Translations under genes and position numbers: made by a program
Part shown: piece after piece, positions 27,653 through 37,091 of the stretch
How positions within the stretch are numbered: the first letter of the stretch is position 1
Layout of the letters: each line of letters opens with the position of its first letter
From: Candidatus Poriferisocius sp.
GTDB taxonomy: Bacteria > Actinomycetota > Acidimicrobiia > Acidimicrobiales > Bin134
DNA length: 64,000 bases
Assembly (NCBI RefSeq): GCF_965208475.1
Contig: NZ_OZ242338.1
Coordinates: 630,760 to 694,759, forward strand
Direction of reading: 5' to 3'
The notes under the pieces: model-generated
Seen by the model: the letters and a program-made list of their open reading frames with translations, nothing else
Databases searched by the model: none
What the model was told of the DNA's origin: nothing

Positions 27653-28720
27653 CTACACGAAGGGCAGCTTGACCACGGTGGCCGTTATGGGGGTGCCCCT
27701 CATGTCCACGGCCAGCTCATCGCCGAAGTCCACGTCGGGGGGAACGAAGGCCAACGCGATGCCGGTTTCCAGCATGGGCGAGAAGTTGCCCGAGGTGACC
27801 TCACCCACCGCCTCGCCGTCCTGAAGCACAGCCTGGCCCTCCCGGGGCGGGCGTCGACCCTCGACCCGCAATCCCCGCAGCCGCCGGTGGATGCCCCGAT
27901 CCCGCTCGGCGGCCAGCGCTTCCCGCCCCCGGAAAGAGGGCTTGTCCCAGCGCACCACCCAGCCCAGCCCTGCTTGCAGCGGGGTGATGCCCGGACCCAG
28001 TTCGTGGCCGTGCAGGGGCAAACCGGCCTCCAGGCGCAGTGTGTCCCTGGCCCCCAAACCGGCCGGGACTATCCCGGCTTCAGCGACTGCATCCCAGAGA
28101 CGCTCGGCGGCCTCGGCGGGCACCGCAACCTCAACGCCGTCCTCGCCGGTGTAGCCGGTGCCGGCCACCGTCAACGGGGTCGCCTCCCACTCCACGGCGG
28201 CCACGCAGTTGCGGGGTACCGCCGACGCTTCGGGCGATACCGCGGCCAGTCGTTTTCGGGCCTCGGGACCCTGCACCGCCAAAACCGCCCGGCTGCCGGT
28301 CACATCTACTGCCCGGAATCCGGCCCCGGCACCAGAGCCGCCCAGGGCGTCGCGCACCCGATCGGTGTTGGACGCATTCGGCATCACATCAAACCTGTCA
28401 TCGCCGAGCCACCACACGATGATGTCGTCCACAACCGATCCATCGTCGTCCAGCAAGTGGGTGTACTGGGTGCGACCGGGGCCAATACGGGCCAGATCGT
28501 TGGTGAACGCCTTCTGAAGCCGGTCATAGGCATCGGGTCCGGTTGCCCGGAGCGTGCCCAGATGGCTCACATCGAAAACCACCGCCCCGGCTCGACACGA
28601 CCGGTGTTCGGCCAGCGTTCCCGAGGGATACGACAGCGGCATCTCCCAGCCGCCGAAGGGGACCATCTTGGCGCCCAGTGCTCGATGCCTGCCCTCCAGC
28701 GGAGAGGAGCGCATGTCCAC
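27653..28720 (-). CDS. gcvT: glycine cleavage system aminomethyltransferase (T protein)
   Basis: LGAKMVPFGGWEMPLSY, AVVFDVSHLG and GYTGEDG motifs. 355 aa. Confidence 0.95.
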   Translation of the reverse strand: MDMRSSPLEGRHRALGAKMVPFGGWEMPLSYPSGTLAEHRSCRAGAVVFDVSHLGTLRATGPDAYDRLQKAFTNDLARIGPGRTQYTHLLDDDGSVVDDIIVWWLGDDRFDVMPNASNTDRVRDALGGSGAGAGFRAVDVTGSRAVLAVQGPEARKRLAAVSPEASAVPRNCVAAVEWEATPLTVAGTGYTGEDGVEVAVPAEAAERLWDAVAEAGIVPAGLGARDTLRLEAGLPLHGHELGPGITPLQAGLGWVVRWDKPSFRGREALAAERDRGIHRRLRGLRVEGRRPPREGQAVLQDGEAVGEVTSGNFSPMLETGIALAFVPPDVDFGDELAVDMRGTPITATVVKLPFV

Positions 28721-28734
28721 CTCCCGACCCTCGG

Positions 28735-29100
28735 CTAGGCGGAACCGGCCGCCGCGCCGGCGTGAGTCAGGTCGCCGCCAATCCCGGAGGCATCGTCAAA
28801 GCCGTACTTGCTCAGCAGGTTGCGATAGTCCCGCTGGCACAGCACCACCACGTCGATGGCGGGATAGAGCTCCCGCAGCCGGCGGACCTTCCCGTTCTTG
28901 CGGGATATGTACTTCTGGCGCGCCGTAGTGACCTCCACGTAGCGGTCGAACCCGGGAAGATAGAAGTCAGGGGTGAACGCCTCGGTCACCTCGCCGGAAT
29001 CGTTGCGGGAGAGCACGAAAGTCTCGGGCTCGTAGTGCCACTCGATGCCGTAGAAGTCGAGCAGCTCGGCGAACTGCCGCTCAGAATCGTGGGCGAACAC
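28735..29100 (-). CDS. conserved hypothetical protein (possible small PD-(D/E)xK-like fold)
   Basis: 121 aa with good codon usage. The FTPDFYLP...RYVEVTT pattern is reminiscent of an endonuclease-like core. It occupies the slot between a glycine-cleavage gene and a MerR regulator. Confidence 0.5.
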   Translation of the reverse strand: MFAHDSERQFAELLDFYGIEWHYEPETFVLSRNDSGEVTEAFTPDFYLPGFDRYVEVTTARQKYISRKNGKVRRLRELYPAIDVVVLCQRDYRNLLSKYGFDDASGIGGDLTHAGAAAGSA

Positions 29101-29126
29101 TCTGCCTCGAGCCCCTTCAACCGCTC

Positions 29127-29624
29127 CTAGGAGCCGGTCTGAGCAACGCCCATGCCCGTTTGAATCAAGGACGCTTCCACTGGCGGGGCCTCTTCGATGG
29201 GCAGCTCCCGCACCGCGGCGTCGACCTCTTCGACAAGGCCTTCCATCCGGAGGTAAAGCGCTCCCTGGCCTTGGCGCAGCGCATCCAGGATCTGCTCGTC
29301 GGTGCGAACCAGCAGCGACTGGTTGCCGTTGATGACCAGGTCAGCGCTGGCCACATTCTCGCCCAGCTCGTCGCGCAGGTACTCGAACACGTCGCGCACC
29401 CGCTGAAGGGCGATGCCCTCGTCCAACAGCCGCTTGATCAGCTTCAACTCCAGCAAGTCGCTGTAGGAATACCGGCGGCGGCTTCCGCTCCCCACAGCCC
29501 TTTGAGCGGTCGAGCGCACCAGCCCGGTGCGGGTCCAGTAGTCCAGCTGGCGGTAGGTGATACCGATGATCTCAATGGTCTGAGGCGAGCTGAAGTCGCC
29601 CGCTATCTGTCCCTGGTCGCTCAT
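29127..29624 (-). CDS. MerR-family transcriptional regulator
   Basis: IGITYRQLDYWTRTGLV helix-turn-helix and RRYSYSDLLELKLIKRLL. Confidence 0.85.
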   Translation of the reverse strand: MSDQGQIAGDFSSPQTIEIIGITYRQLDYWTRTGLVRSTAQRAVGSGSRRRYSYSDLLELKLIKRLLDEGIALQRVRDVFEYLRDELGENVASADLVINGNQSLLVRTDEQILDALRQGQGALYLRMEGLVEEVDAAVRELPIEEAPPVEASLIQTGMGVAQTGS

Positions 29625-29743
29625 CGCACTCTCCGGTTTCGGGGCGCGCCCCCAGGTGGGCTGGTTACACCGGGGAAACTACGCCAATGGATTTCCACAG
29701 GGTAAACCTCTCCCTGTGGATTGTCAAGGACGCCGGAGGGGCC

Positions 29744-30259
29744 TCAGCCGTTGAAATCCTCGGGAGTCACCTGGTCTAGGAACTCTCGGAACTGGTCCAA
29801 CACCTCTTCGGGCGGCGGCTCGTCGCCTTCGGCATTCTCGGGATCCACCGTATGGCCGGCGGCCTCCAGCACCGATTCGGCGGCGAAGATCGGCGCTCCG
29901 GTCCGCACGGCCAGAGCCACTGCATCCGATGGGCGGCTGGAGATGCGCCGGGCCCCGTTGCCGTTGCCCCCCGCCAGCTCCAGCTCGGCATAGAAGGTCC
30001 GATCCCGCAGCTCGGTAACCACGATGCGCTCAAGTCGCACGCCCAGTTGATCGAGCACGTCCTTGAACAGGTCGTGGGTCATGGGGCGGGGGGTTTCCAC
30101 CTCCTCCATGGCCAAGGCGATGGCCTGGGCTTCTGCCCCCCCGATGAAGATGGGCAGCAGCCGACCCTCGCCGTCAGTCTCCCGCAGCAGCACGATCGGG
30201 GCGTTGGACGGCAGCTCGATCCGCACCCCGACCAGCTCCATCTCCTTCATCGCCCCCAC
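29744..30259 (-). CDS. bifunctional nuclease (BFN/DUF151) family protein
   Basis: MELVGVRIELPSNAPIVLLRETDGEGRLLPIFIGGAEAQAIALAMEEVETPRPMTHDL is the canonical DUF151 N-terminus. Confidence 0.85.
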   Translation of the reverse strand: MGAMKEMELVGVRIELPSNAPIVLLRETDGEGRLLPIFIGGAEAQAIALAMEEVETPRPMTHDLFKDVLDQLGVRLERIVVTELRDRTFYAELELAGGNGNGARRISSRPSDAVALAVRTGAPIFAAESVLEAAGHTVDPENAEGDEPPPEEVLDQFREFLDQVTPEDFNG

Positions 30260-30260
30260 G

Positions 30261-30818
30261 TTAGTAGAGGAACGAGACGTAAGCGTCGGGATCGTCGGCC
30301 AGAAGATCAGGGTCGCCGATGATCAGCTTGTCCAGATTGCGATACCGGCCGGCCCAGTCCAGCCCGTAGCCCAAGAAGAACTCGTCGGGGGCCTCGAACC
30401 CCACAATGTCGGGCTCGACCGGCAGGATGCGGCGAGCACTGCGGTTCAACAGCGCGGCCACTGCCACCGAGGCTGCCGAGCGGCGGTCCAGCTCCCCTTT
30501 CAGGTAGCCCAGACTGAGCCCGGTGTCCACGATGTCCTCCACCAGCACCACCTGGCGTCCGGTCACGTCGCAGTCCAGATCCTTGACCAGTCGAACCCGT
30601 CCCGAATCGGGCGCGAACCGGGACATGGCCATGAAGTCCACCTCCACGGCTATGTCCACCGCCCGGACCAGATCGGCGAGAAACGGCAGGCTCCCCTTCA
30701 ACACCGACACCAGCACTGCCCCGTCCGAGCACTGCTCGGAGATCTGGGCCGCGACCCGCCTCACCGCCTGCTCGATGGCTCCTCGGCTCGCGAACAGCTC
30801 GGGCCCGCCGCCCACCAC
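30261..30818 (-). CDS. hpt: hypoxanthine phosphoribosyltransferase
   Basis: VLKGSLPFLADL and the PRPP-binding motif VVLVEDIVDTGLSL. 185 aa. Confidence 0.9.
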   Translation of the reverse strand: MVGGGPELFASRGAIEQAVRRVAAQISEQCSDGAVLVSVLKGSLPFLADLVRAVDIAVEVDFMAMSRFAPDSGRVRLVKDLDCDVTGRQVVLVEDIVDTGLSLGYLKGELDRRSAASVAVAALLNRSARRILPVEPDIVGFEAPDEFFLGYGLDWAGRYRNLDKLIIGDPDLLADDPDAYVSFLY

Positions 30819-30833
30819 TGCTTCGCTGCTCCG

Positions 30834-31580
30834 CTACCGGTTCCGAGTGTGGTTGGCCAAGGCCTCCCGAAGCAGCGACAGCCTCAGCTCCGACCCCAGG
30901 TTGATCAGTTCGGCCAACACGTCGAGCGACTGCTTGCGGGCATGGGCGGTGCGCTGCATCACCAATGGCATGATCCTCTGCTCGAGCAGCCCTGCCTCCC
31001 GCTCGGCGGCCGACTTGTAGGCCCGCAGGTGGCGAGGCTCCAATCCATGGGCCAGGAATCCTGCCGCCACCTTGGCCACGACGACCGCCTCGGCCCCGTA
31101 TTGGGTTGGTGCGCCACCGCCCAAGGGCTCGATGAGGCCGAACTTCTCCAACTCCAAGATCTTCGACTGGCTGAGCCCGCTGGCCGCCGCCACCTCGTCC
31201 ACGGTCAGCGACACCGAGACTGTCCCCGCCCCCAACGGGTTGGGCCGCCCCGGGCCTGAGATGCTGGAGGCTGCTCCATCCCCAACGCCGTCCCCGGTCC
31301 TGCCCCGCCCTCCGTTGGATGCGGGACCGTCGAAGTCCTGGCGGGCGATGCGATCCTTGATGACTTTGAGGGGCAGGAAGTGGTCTCGCTGCTGCTCCAA
31401 GATCCACCGCAGGCGGTCGACATCGGCTTCGGCGAATTTCCGGTAGCCGGATTGGCTTCGCTCGGGGTCGATCAAGCCCTGGCTTTCCAGGAATCGGATC
31501 TTGGAGATGGTTATGTCGGCGAATTCGCCCTTCAGCAGGTCCAAGACCTGTCCGATAGACCGGTGCTGGTCTCTCACCAA
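30834..31580 (-). CDS. MerR-family transcriptional regulator (long, two-domain type)
   Basis: ISKIRFLESQGLIDPERSQSGYRKFAEADVDRLRWIL, plus a second HTH-like segment LTVDEVAAASGLSQSKILELEKFGLI. Confidence 0.85.
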   Translation of the reverse strand: MVRDQHRSIGQVLDLLKGEFADITISKIRFLESQGLIDPERSQSGYRKFAEADVDRLRWILEQQRDHFLPLKVIKDRIARQDFDGPASNGGRGRTGDGVGDGAASSISGPGRPNPLGAGTVSVSLTVDEVAAASGLSQSKILELEKFGLIEPLGGGAPTQYGAEAVVVAKVAAGFLAHGLEPRHLRAYKSAAEREAGLLEQRIMPLVMQRTAHARKQSLDVLAELINLGSELRLSLLREALANHTRNR

Positions 31581-32059
31581 CCGATCCGATCGTGGAACAC
31601 CAGCTTGAAGCGCCCGATTTGCAGCTCGTCTCCGTCTTTCAGCCCGGCTTCTTCCACCCGGCGGCTGTTGAGATAGGTCCCGTTCAGCGAACCCATGTCC
31701 TTGACATGGGGCACCAAGCCGTCCCGATAGATCTCCGCGTGGGTCCGCGAAACCGTGATGTCGTCTAGGAAGATGTCGGAGTCGGGGTGGCGGCCCAGGC
31801 TGACCCGGGATTCCGCCAGCTCGAAGCGGCTGCCCGCGGCCGCCCCTTGGGTCACCACCAGCACCGCCGGCTGGCGGATCAGGTCCACTTCAAGGGCCAT
31901 CTCCGTGGTGGGCTCTTCGGACGAGTGGGCCGCGCCGCCGTCGCCGGTCGAGGTGAGGCGATTACCGCACGCTGCGCAGAAGTTCGCGCCCACCCCGCTG
32001 CGGTAGCCGCACATCGGGCAATAGGCCTCGGAACCACCGACAGAGGAGGCAGCGCTCAA
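31574..32059 (-). CDS. FHA-domain protein with N-terminal zinc ribbon
   Basis: CPMC...CAAC ribbon. The FHA core is LGRHPDSDIFLDDITVSRTHAEI...SLNGTYLN. I place the start at TTG 32059 (GGAGAG 6 nt upstream), overlapping the gcvH stop. The ORF-track 275-aa version has an Arg/Gly-rich, noncoding-looking N-terminus. Confidence 0.8.
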   Translation of the reverse strand: MSAASSVGGSEAYCPMCGYRSGVGANFCAACGNRLTSTGDGGAAHSSEEPTTEMALEVDLIRQPAVLVVTQGAAAGSRFELAESRVSLGRHPDSDIFLDDITVSRTHAEIYRDGLVPHVKDMGSLNGTYLNSRRVEEAGLKDGDELQIGRFKLVFHDRIGW

Positions 32060-32442
32060 TTGATGCTCTCCGTCAGATCGGTGTAGGCTGCCGCGTCCAG
32101 CAGGCCGTCCAACTCGGAGAGGTCGGATGCCTCGATCACGCAGATCCACCCTTCGCCGTAAGGGTCCTCGTTCAACCGCTCGGGGTGGTCGATCAAATCG
32201 GCGTTCACGTCGACCACCGTGCCCGATACCGGCGCATAGATCTCTGAGACCGACTTGGTGGACTCGATCTCGCTGAAGGAGTCGCCGCAGGCCGCCTCGG
32301 TTCCCACCGCGGGCAGATCGATGAAGACGACATCGCCGAGGGCGTCTTGGGCGTAGTCGGTGATGCCCAGGCATACTCGGCTGCCATCGACCCTGGCCCA
32401 TTCGTGATCTTCGGTGTAGAGCAGTTCGACCGGTACATTCAT
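32056..32442 (-). CDS. gcvH: glycine cleavage system H protein
   Basis: YTEDHEWARVDG and the lipoyl-lysine motif ESTKSVSEIYAPVSG. Start taken at MNVPVELLY. Confidence 0.95.
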   Translation of the reverse strand: MNVPVELLYTEDHEWARVDGSRVCLGITDYAQDALGDVVFIDLPAVGTEAACGDSFSEIESTKSVSEIYAPVSGTVVDVNADLIDHPERLNEDPYGEGWICVIEASDLSELDGLLDAAAYTDLTESIN

Positions 32443-32480
32443 TGGCGACACCGTACTGGCAATCGCGAAAACTCTCAACC

Positions 32481-33137
32481 TCAGCTTGAGGCTGCGGCCC
32501 GTCCTGCCCGCCCCTCAGCGAGCGCCCGGCGAACTCGGGGCACGTATTCCACCGCCGCGTAATAGCTGAGGGCCAGCGACGGAATGCCCACGCCCCATCC
32601 GACGCCGCGCAGGGCTGCCCCCCCGCCCACGCTCGAATCTCCCAGCAACAGGAGCGGTAGGGCGAACATGAGGCCGAATGTGGCCGTCTTGCCGGTCCAG
32701 GTCACGTCGATCCGGCGGGCCCCCATAGCCCCCAGCACCACGGTGGCCAGCGATACCACTGCCTCTCTGGCCAGCATGGTCAACCCGAATGCCGCATGGA
32801 GAGAGCCGTCCACCATCATCGCCACCGCCGCGGCCAGAAACATCAACCGGTCGGCGGTGGGGTCCAGGATCTTGCCCAACTCCGAACCCTGGTCGAACCG
32901 ACGGGCGATGTAGCCGTCCACCCAGTCGGTGGCGCCGAGCACGCTGAGCAACGCCGCGGCCCCCGCCCGATTGCCCATCCCCAGCAGCAGCACGCAAAAC
33001 ACCGGCGCGCACCCCAACCGCACCACCGACACCAAGTTGGGAACCGTCAGGATCCGCCACTCAGTATTCCCCACCTTCACGATGGCCAATGCTACAGAGG
33101 CCGGCCGGTGGGTGGCTCCGACAGGTCCCGCCGACAC
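32481..33137 (-). CDS. CDP-alcohol phosphatidyltransferase (PgsA-like)
   Basis: The DWVDGYIARRFDQGSELGKILDPTADRL motif matches D-G-x2-A-R-x8-G-x3-D-x3-D. Multi-TM. The exact start is uncertain. Confidence 0.85.
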   Translation of the reverse strand: MSAGPVGATHRPASVALAIVKVGNTEWRILTVPNLVSVVRLGCAPVFCVLLLGMGNRAGAAALLSVLGATDWVDGYIARRFDQGSELGKILDPTADRLMFLAAAVAMMVDGSLHAAFGLTMLAREAVVSLATVVLGAMGARRIDVTWTGKTATFGLMFALPLLLLGDSSVGGGAALRGVGWGVGIPSLALSYYAAVEYVPRVRRALAEGRAGRAAASS

Positions 33138-33192
33138 TGTCCGCCGGGCCGCCTCGGAGGCAGGTCCCGCCGGTGGGTCGTACTATGTCCGA

Positions 33193-33597
33193 ATGCCCAG
33201 CGTCTTCTCCATGATCATCAACCGCGACCTGCCCGGGCATTTTGTATGGGAAGACGACCACTGCGCAGCCATCTTGTCCATCAACCCCATCCAGACCGGC
33301 CACGCCCTCGTCGTCCCCCGAGCCGAGATCGACCACTGGCTGGACGTTCCCCCGGAGCTGGCCGCCCACCTCATGGTGGTGTCGCAGGTGGTGGGCACCG
33401 CCCAGATGGCCGCTTTCGGACCGCCCCGGGTGGGCCTCGTCATCGCCGGCCACGAGGTGCCCCACACCCATCTGCACGTGATCCCGATGTTCGAGATCGG
33501 CGACCTGAGCTTTGCCAACGCCCGAGCCTCGGTTCCCCCCGAAGAACTGGCCAGGGCCGCTGAGCGACTTCGCTCCCACCTCCCCTCCGGCGGCTAG
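33193..33597 (+). CDS. HIT-family (histidine triad) hydrolase
   Basis: SVFSMIINRDLPGHFVWEDDHCAAILSINP and the triad HTHLHVIP. TACTAT sits 6 nt upstream of the ATG, which suggests a leaderless transcript. Confidence 0.9.
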   Translation: MPSVFSMIINRDLPGHFVWEDDHCAAILSINPIQTGHALVVPRAEIDHWLDVPPELAAHLMVVSQVVGTAQMAAFGPPRVGLVIAGHEVPHTHLHVIPMFEIGDLSFANARASVPPEELARAAERLRSHLPSGG

Positions 33598-35127
33598 TCA
33601 GCTCCGGACCACGTTGCGGAGCCGGTAGACCCGCAGGCCGTTTGCCCCCTCTTCCAAATCCAGCCGCTCAAAGCCGGTTCGCCGGATGTCCAAGTCGAAG
33701 CTCTCGACGTCCAGGGGCCTCCAGTCGGGCGCGGCGGACGGATCGAACACGATCCACTCCACCTTGGGGGTGGCCGCTGATGCCGCGCTGTCGGGGTCGC
33801 CCGCGGTGTCCAGCACGTACAGCCGGGTGCGGTCCGACAACAGGGGAAGAATCTGCTCCGAGGCCCGCACCGAGGCATCGGACGGAATCAGGTCAGCGGC
33901 CTCCTGACGGGCGATGTCCATCGTGTCGCGCCGACCCCAGTCCCATGGCTCGTGGTACAGGGAGCTCGGGGCGTCGCGCAGAAAGAAGAGTCCGGCGGTG
34001 AGCACCAGCGCTGTGAGCAGGCGGCGGTCCACGTTCACCCGCTCCACCAGAACCCGCCCGGAACGGGCCAGAGCGAACACTGTGGCCGCGAAGACGAACG
34101 GGATCATCGGCACGGTCTGGGATGCCTCCGCCAACTGCCCGGGCGCCACGTCGGCCACCAGGTACACCGCGAACAGGGGCACCACCGGGAGCAGATAGCG
34201 GGGCGCCACCAAAGGCAGCAGCATCACCGGGGCCAACAGGAACACGATCATCTGGAAGTTGGCCTGCGACACCGCGTCGGCCACCACTTGATGGGGAGCG
34301 GAGATGAAGCCCCACAGCACCGATCCCGGATGCCCGCTGCCGAAGTCTGAGAACTCCTCGATGTGGGGAAACTTCCCGCCGTTGAACCGGGGTTGGATGG
34401 CGGTCATCGACACCAGCCCATAGGCCAGGCCGCTCAGGGCGATGGTCGCACCGGGGCGGCGACGGCCCTCCAGCAGCACCAGCAGCCCCAATCCCGAGAG
34501 CGCGAAGGCCAGATCAGCCCGGCAGGTCACTACCAGCAGAGCGAACACCGCGAACCAGTTCCACCGCCCCCTCAGCGCGGTGAGCACCGCGGCGAACAGC
34601 GCGGGCACGGCCAGAGCCTCGGTGTGGAAGTCCGACAGGTTCACCGTGTGGACCGCCGGGTAGGCGCAGTAGGCGAACACCACTGCCATCGCCGCCCCCG
34701 ATTTGAGTCCGCCCACATCGCGGGCGATCCGCCACAGCGGCACCACGGCCAAGGCCAGCACCGAGGCTTGCAGGGCCAACAGCGTGGGCTGATCGGGGAA
34801 CAAAGCGGTGAGGCCGGCCACCGGGTAGAGGATGAACGCGGCCTGCTCCCACAACAGGTTGTGGCCCGCCACGCTGGAGAGCGGCTCGTATCCCTCCCCG
34901 ATCAGCCACACCCCCTGGAGATGAGAGGACAGGTCGGCGCCGGCATCCAGCGAACGGGCTCGGGCCAAAGACAGGCCCGACAGGATCCCGCCGAGCAGTA
35001 TCGCGATAACCCAGGGGACGGCCCGGTCCACCTGCCTGGTGTCGAGGCGGGCCTGCCAGCGCAGCGAGAAGATCTCCTGCCGCCGCCGGAACTGGGCCAG
35101 CGTGACCCTGTTCTGCTTCAAGTCCAC
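33598..35127 (-). CDS. polytopic membrane protein, DUF2079-like (possible glycosyltransferase-C fold)
   Basis: About 12 TM segments followed by a C-terminal soluble domain. The start is set at GTG 35127, overlapping the upstream stop. The first 124 aa of the ORF-track version are Arg/Pro/Gly-rich and overlap the amidohydrolase gene. Confidence 0.65.
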   Translation of the reverse strand: MDLKQNRVTLAQFRRRQEIFSLRWQARLDTRQVDRAVPWVIAILLGGILSGLSLARARSLDAGADLSSHLQGVWLIGEGYEPLSSVAGHNLLWEQAAFILYPVAGLTALFPDQPTLLALQASVLALAVVPLWRIARDVGGLKSGAAMAVVFAYCAYPAVHTVNLSDFHTEALAVPALFAAVLTALRGRWNWFAVFALLVVTCRADLAFALSGLGLLVLLEGRRRPGATIALSGLAYGLVSMTAIQPRFNGGKFPHIEEFSDFGSGHPGSVLWGFISAPHQVVADAVSQANFQMIVFLLAPVMLLPLVAPRYLLPVVPLFAVYLVADVAPGQLAEASQTVPMIPFVFAATVFALARSGRVLVERVNVDRRLLTALVLTAGLFFLRDAPSSLYHEPWDWGRRDTMDIARQEAADLIPSDASVRASEQILPLLSDRTRLYVLDTAGDPDSAASAATPKVEWIVFDPSAAPDWRPLDVESFDLDIRRTGFERLDLEEGANGLRVYRLRNVVRS

Positions 35128-36848
35128 TACCCCACCAGAACGGTGTCGGTGTCGCGCCCTGATCGAAGCAGGGTGCCGGGCCGGGAGTCGGTTGCCCGGC
35201 CGCCGGTCACGATGGGCTGGCCGTTCACCAGCACGTGGTCCACTCCCACCGCGTCGGCGAACAGCCGCGCCGAGCCGCCCGGCAGGTCCCCCACCATGCG
35301 CATGGCGCCCGAGTCGATAGCGTCGGGGTCGAACACCACCAGGTCGGCGTGCCAGCCCTGCTCGATGCGGCCCCGCTCCCGCAGGCCGAACAGCCGGGCC
35401 GGGGCGTCGGTCAGCATGTGAATGGCCGACTCCAGCGAGGCCAGCCGCCGGCCTCTGAGGCAGTCGCCCAGAAATGCGGTGGTGTAGGGGGCGCCGCACA
35501 TGCGGTCGAGGTGGGCCCCGGCGTCGGATCCGCCCAACAGGGTGTGCTCGCTCTGCCAGGCCTCAGCCCGAAGCCTCCAACTCTCATCGTCGTCATCGGT
35601 GGGGGCCGGCCACAGCACGGTTCGCAGCTCGTCGGCCAGCACCACGTCCACCAGGGTGTCGAAGTGCCCAGCACCCCGCTCGGCCGCGATGTCGGCCACA
35701 GTGCGCCCCGTCAGCCCTTCGTTGGCCGAACTGAAGGTGTCGCCTATCCGATAGCCGCCCCACCCGGTGAGACGGCTGAACACCCCGGCATCGGGCGACG
35801 CCGCCCGCTCGGCCAGGTGCGCCCTGGTCTGGGGATCGGCAAGGCGGGCCATCCGCTCGGGCGCCGGCAAACCGAGCACCTCCCCCCAGTCGGGAAGCAT
35901 GTTGAGGGCGCAGTAGTTCAAAAAGCTCATGTTCATGCCCACCAGCACCGGCATGGTCAGCGCCACCACCCGGGCGCCGCGCTCGGCCGCCCGCTCCGAG
36001 GCGCCCAGTTGGGCCCGGTAGCGGTCGGGGTCGGCCGAGTCGATGGTGAGCACATTCCAGTTGAGCGGCCGCCGGGCCGCTCGGGACATCGCCACCATCA
36101 AGTCGAGCTCCTCGTCGGTGAATCCCTGCATGCAGCCGTCGGTCACGTACTCCAGGGTGGTGCCCTCGTGCTCGGTCACCACCGAGCAGAGTGCAACCAC
36201 CTCGTCGTTGTCGGCGAAGCGGGAGGCCACCGGGGCGCCGTCGCCGTCGTTGTGGGTGTACGACAGCGAGGTGGAAAAGCCCAGACCCCCGGCGGCGATG
36301 CCGTCGGCCAACAGGGACTTCATCGTCTCGAGCTGGCTGGGACTGGCCTTGTTGCCGGTGGCGTCGACCCCCATGACCGCCCGGCGGATGGCGCAGTGGC
36401 CCACCAGGAAACCGGCGTTCACCCCCAGGTTCCCGTCCAGGCGCGCCAGATAGTCGTCGAAAGTGCGCCACGACCAGTCCAGCCCCGACTCCAGCGCGGC
36501 CAGCGGCATGCCCTCCACCTTGGCCATCATGCGCTGGAGGTAAGGGGCGTCGCCGGGGTTGAGCGGGGCCAGGGTGAAGCCGCAGTTGCCGCCGATGACG
36601 GTGGTCACCCCGTGAAGGCTGGAGGGAGAGGCGGACGGATCCCAGAACAGCTGGGCGTCGTAGTGGGTATGGGGGTCGACGAAGCCGGGGCACACCACCC
36701 GGCCGCCGGCGTCGATCTCGGTGTGCCCCGGGCCGGCGACCGCCCCGATCGCCGCGATCCGACCGCCGCTCACCCCGATGTCGCCGGGGAACCCTGGGCT
36801 TCCCGAGCCGTCGACGATCATGCCGCCGCGGATTACCAGGTCCAACAC
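35127..36848 (-). CDS. D-aminoacylase / N-acyl-D-amino-acid deacylase family amidohydrolase
   Basis: LDLVIRGGMIVDGSG...GDIGVSGGRIAAIG, GFVDPHTHYD and GGSDAGAHLD. GTG start at 36848 with AGGA 8 nt upstream. The alternative is 36893. Confidence 0.85.
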   Translation of the reverse strand: MLDLVIRGGMIVDGSGSPGFPGDIGVSGGRIAAIGAVAGPGHTEIDAGGRVVCPGFVDPHTHYDAQLFWDPSASPSSLHGVTTVIGGNCGFTLAPLNPGDAPYLQRMMAKVEGMPLAALESGLDWSWRTFDDYLARLDGNLGVNAGFLVGHCAIRRAVMGVDATGNKASPSQLETMKSLLADGIAAGGLGFSTSLSYTHNDGDGAPVASRFADNDEVVALCSVVTEHEGTTLEYVTDGCMQGFTDEELDLMVAMSRAARRPLNWNVLTIDSADPDRYRAQLGASERAAERGARVVALTMPVLVGMNMSFLNYCALNMLPDWGEVLGLPAPERMARLADPQTRAHLAERAASPDAGVFSRLTGWGGYRIGDTFSSANEGLTGRTVADIAAERGAGHFDTLVDVVLADELRTVLWPAPTDDDDESWRLRAEAWQSEHTLLGGSDAGAHLDRMCGAPYTTAFLGDCLRGRRLASLESAIHMLTDAPARLFGLRERGRIEQGWHADLVVFDPDAIDSGAMRMVGDLPGGSARLFADAVGVDHVLVNGQPIVTGGRATDSRPGTLLRSGRDTDTVLVG

Positions 36849-36911
36849 AGCCCCAATCCTACTTATCCGTATGGGGCACCCCCACCCTGCCACACTATGC
36901 TCGCTGCCTTA

Positions 36912-36989
36912 CGGGCTGTGGCGCAGCTTGGTTAGCGCGTCGGTCTGGGGGACCGAAGGTCCCGGGTTCAAATCCCGGCAGCCCGACCA
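36912..36989 (+). tRNA. tRNA-Pro (anticodon GGG), CCA encoded
   Basis: Hand-folded cloverleaf. Acceptor CGGGCTG/CAGCCCG. D arm GCGC-AGCTTGGTTA-GCGC. Anticodon arm TCGGT-CTGGGGG-ACCGA. Variable loop AGGTC. T arm CCGGG-TTCAAAT-CCCGG. Discriminator A plus CCA. Confidence 0.9.
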
Positions 36990-37057
36990 CTAGTGGCAGG
37001 ATCAGCCTCGGCACCGATGGTGTCCGCTGATTTGATTATTCACTTGAGTAATTTCGA

Positions 37058-37085
37058 TTGAGTGAGTAAATCAACCTGGTATCCT
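37058..37085 (+). promoter_or_regulatory. sigma-70-like promoter giving a leaderless island operon transcript
   Basis: TTGAGT (37058-63), N16, TATCCT (37080-85), 6 nt, then ATG at 37092. It lies in an AT-rich 100-bp spacer right after the tRNA. Confidence 0.35.
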
Positions 37086-37091
37086 ACCGCT

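Noticed and set aside
28721-28734. Glycine riboswitch upstream of gcvT or gcvH
   Set aside because: The intergenic spaces (14 bp before gcvT, about 38 bp before gcvH) are far too short for a riboswitch aptamer.
27404-28738. 444-aa plus-strand ORF overlapping gcvT
   Set aside because: It is a shadow frame of gcvT, which is strongly supported on the minus strand.
35235-36935. 566-aa plus-strand ORF antisense to the amidohydrolase gene
   Set aside because: It has no motifs and an Arg/Gly/Pro-rich composition. It would read through the tRNA-Pro gene. The minus-strand frame has clear amidohydrolase motifs.
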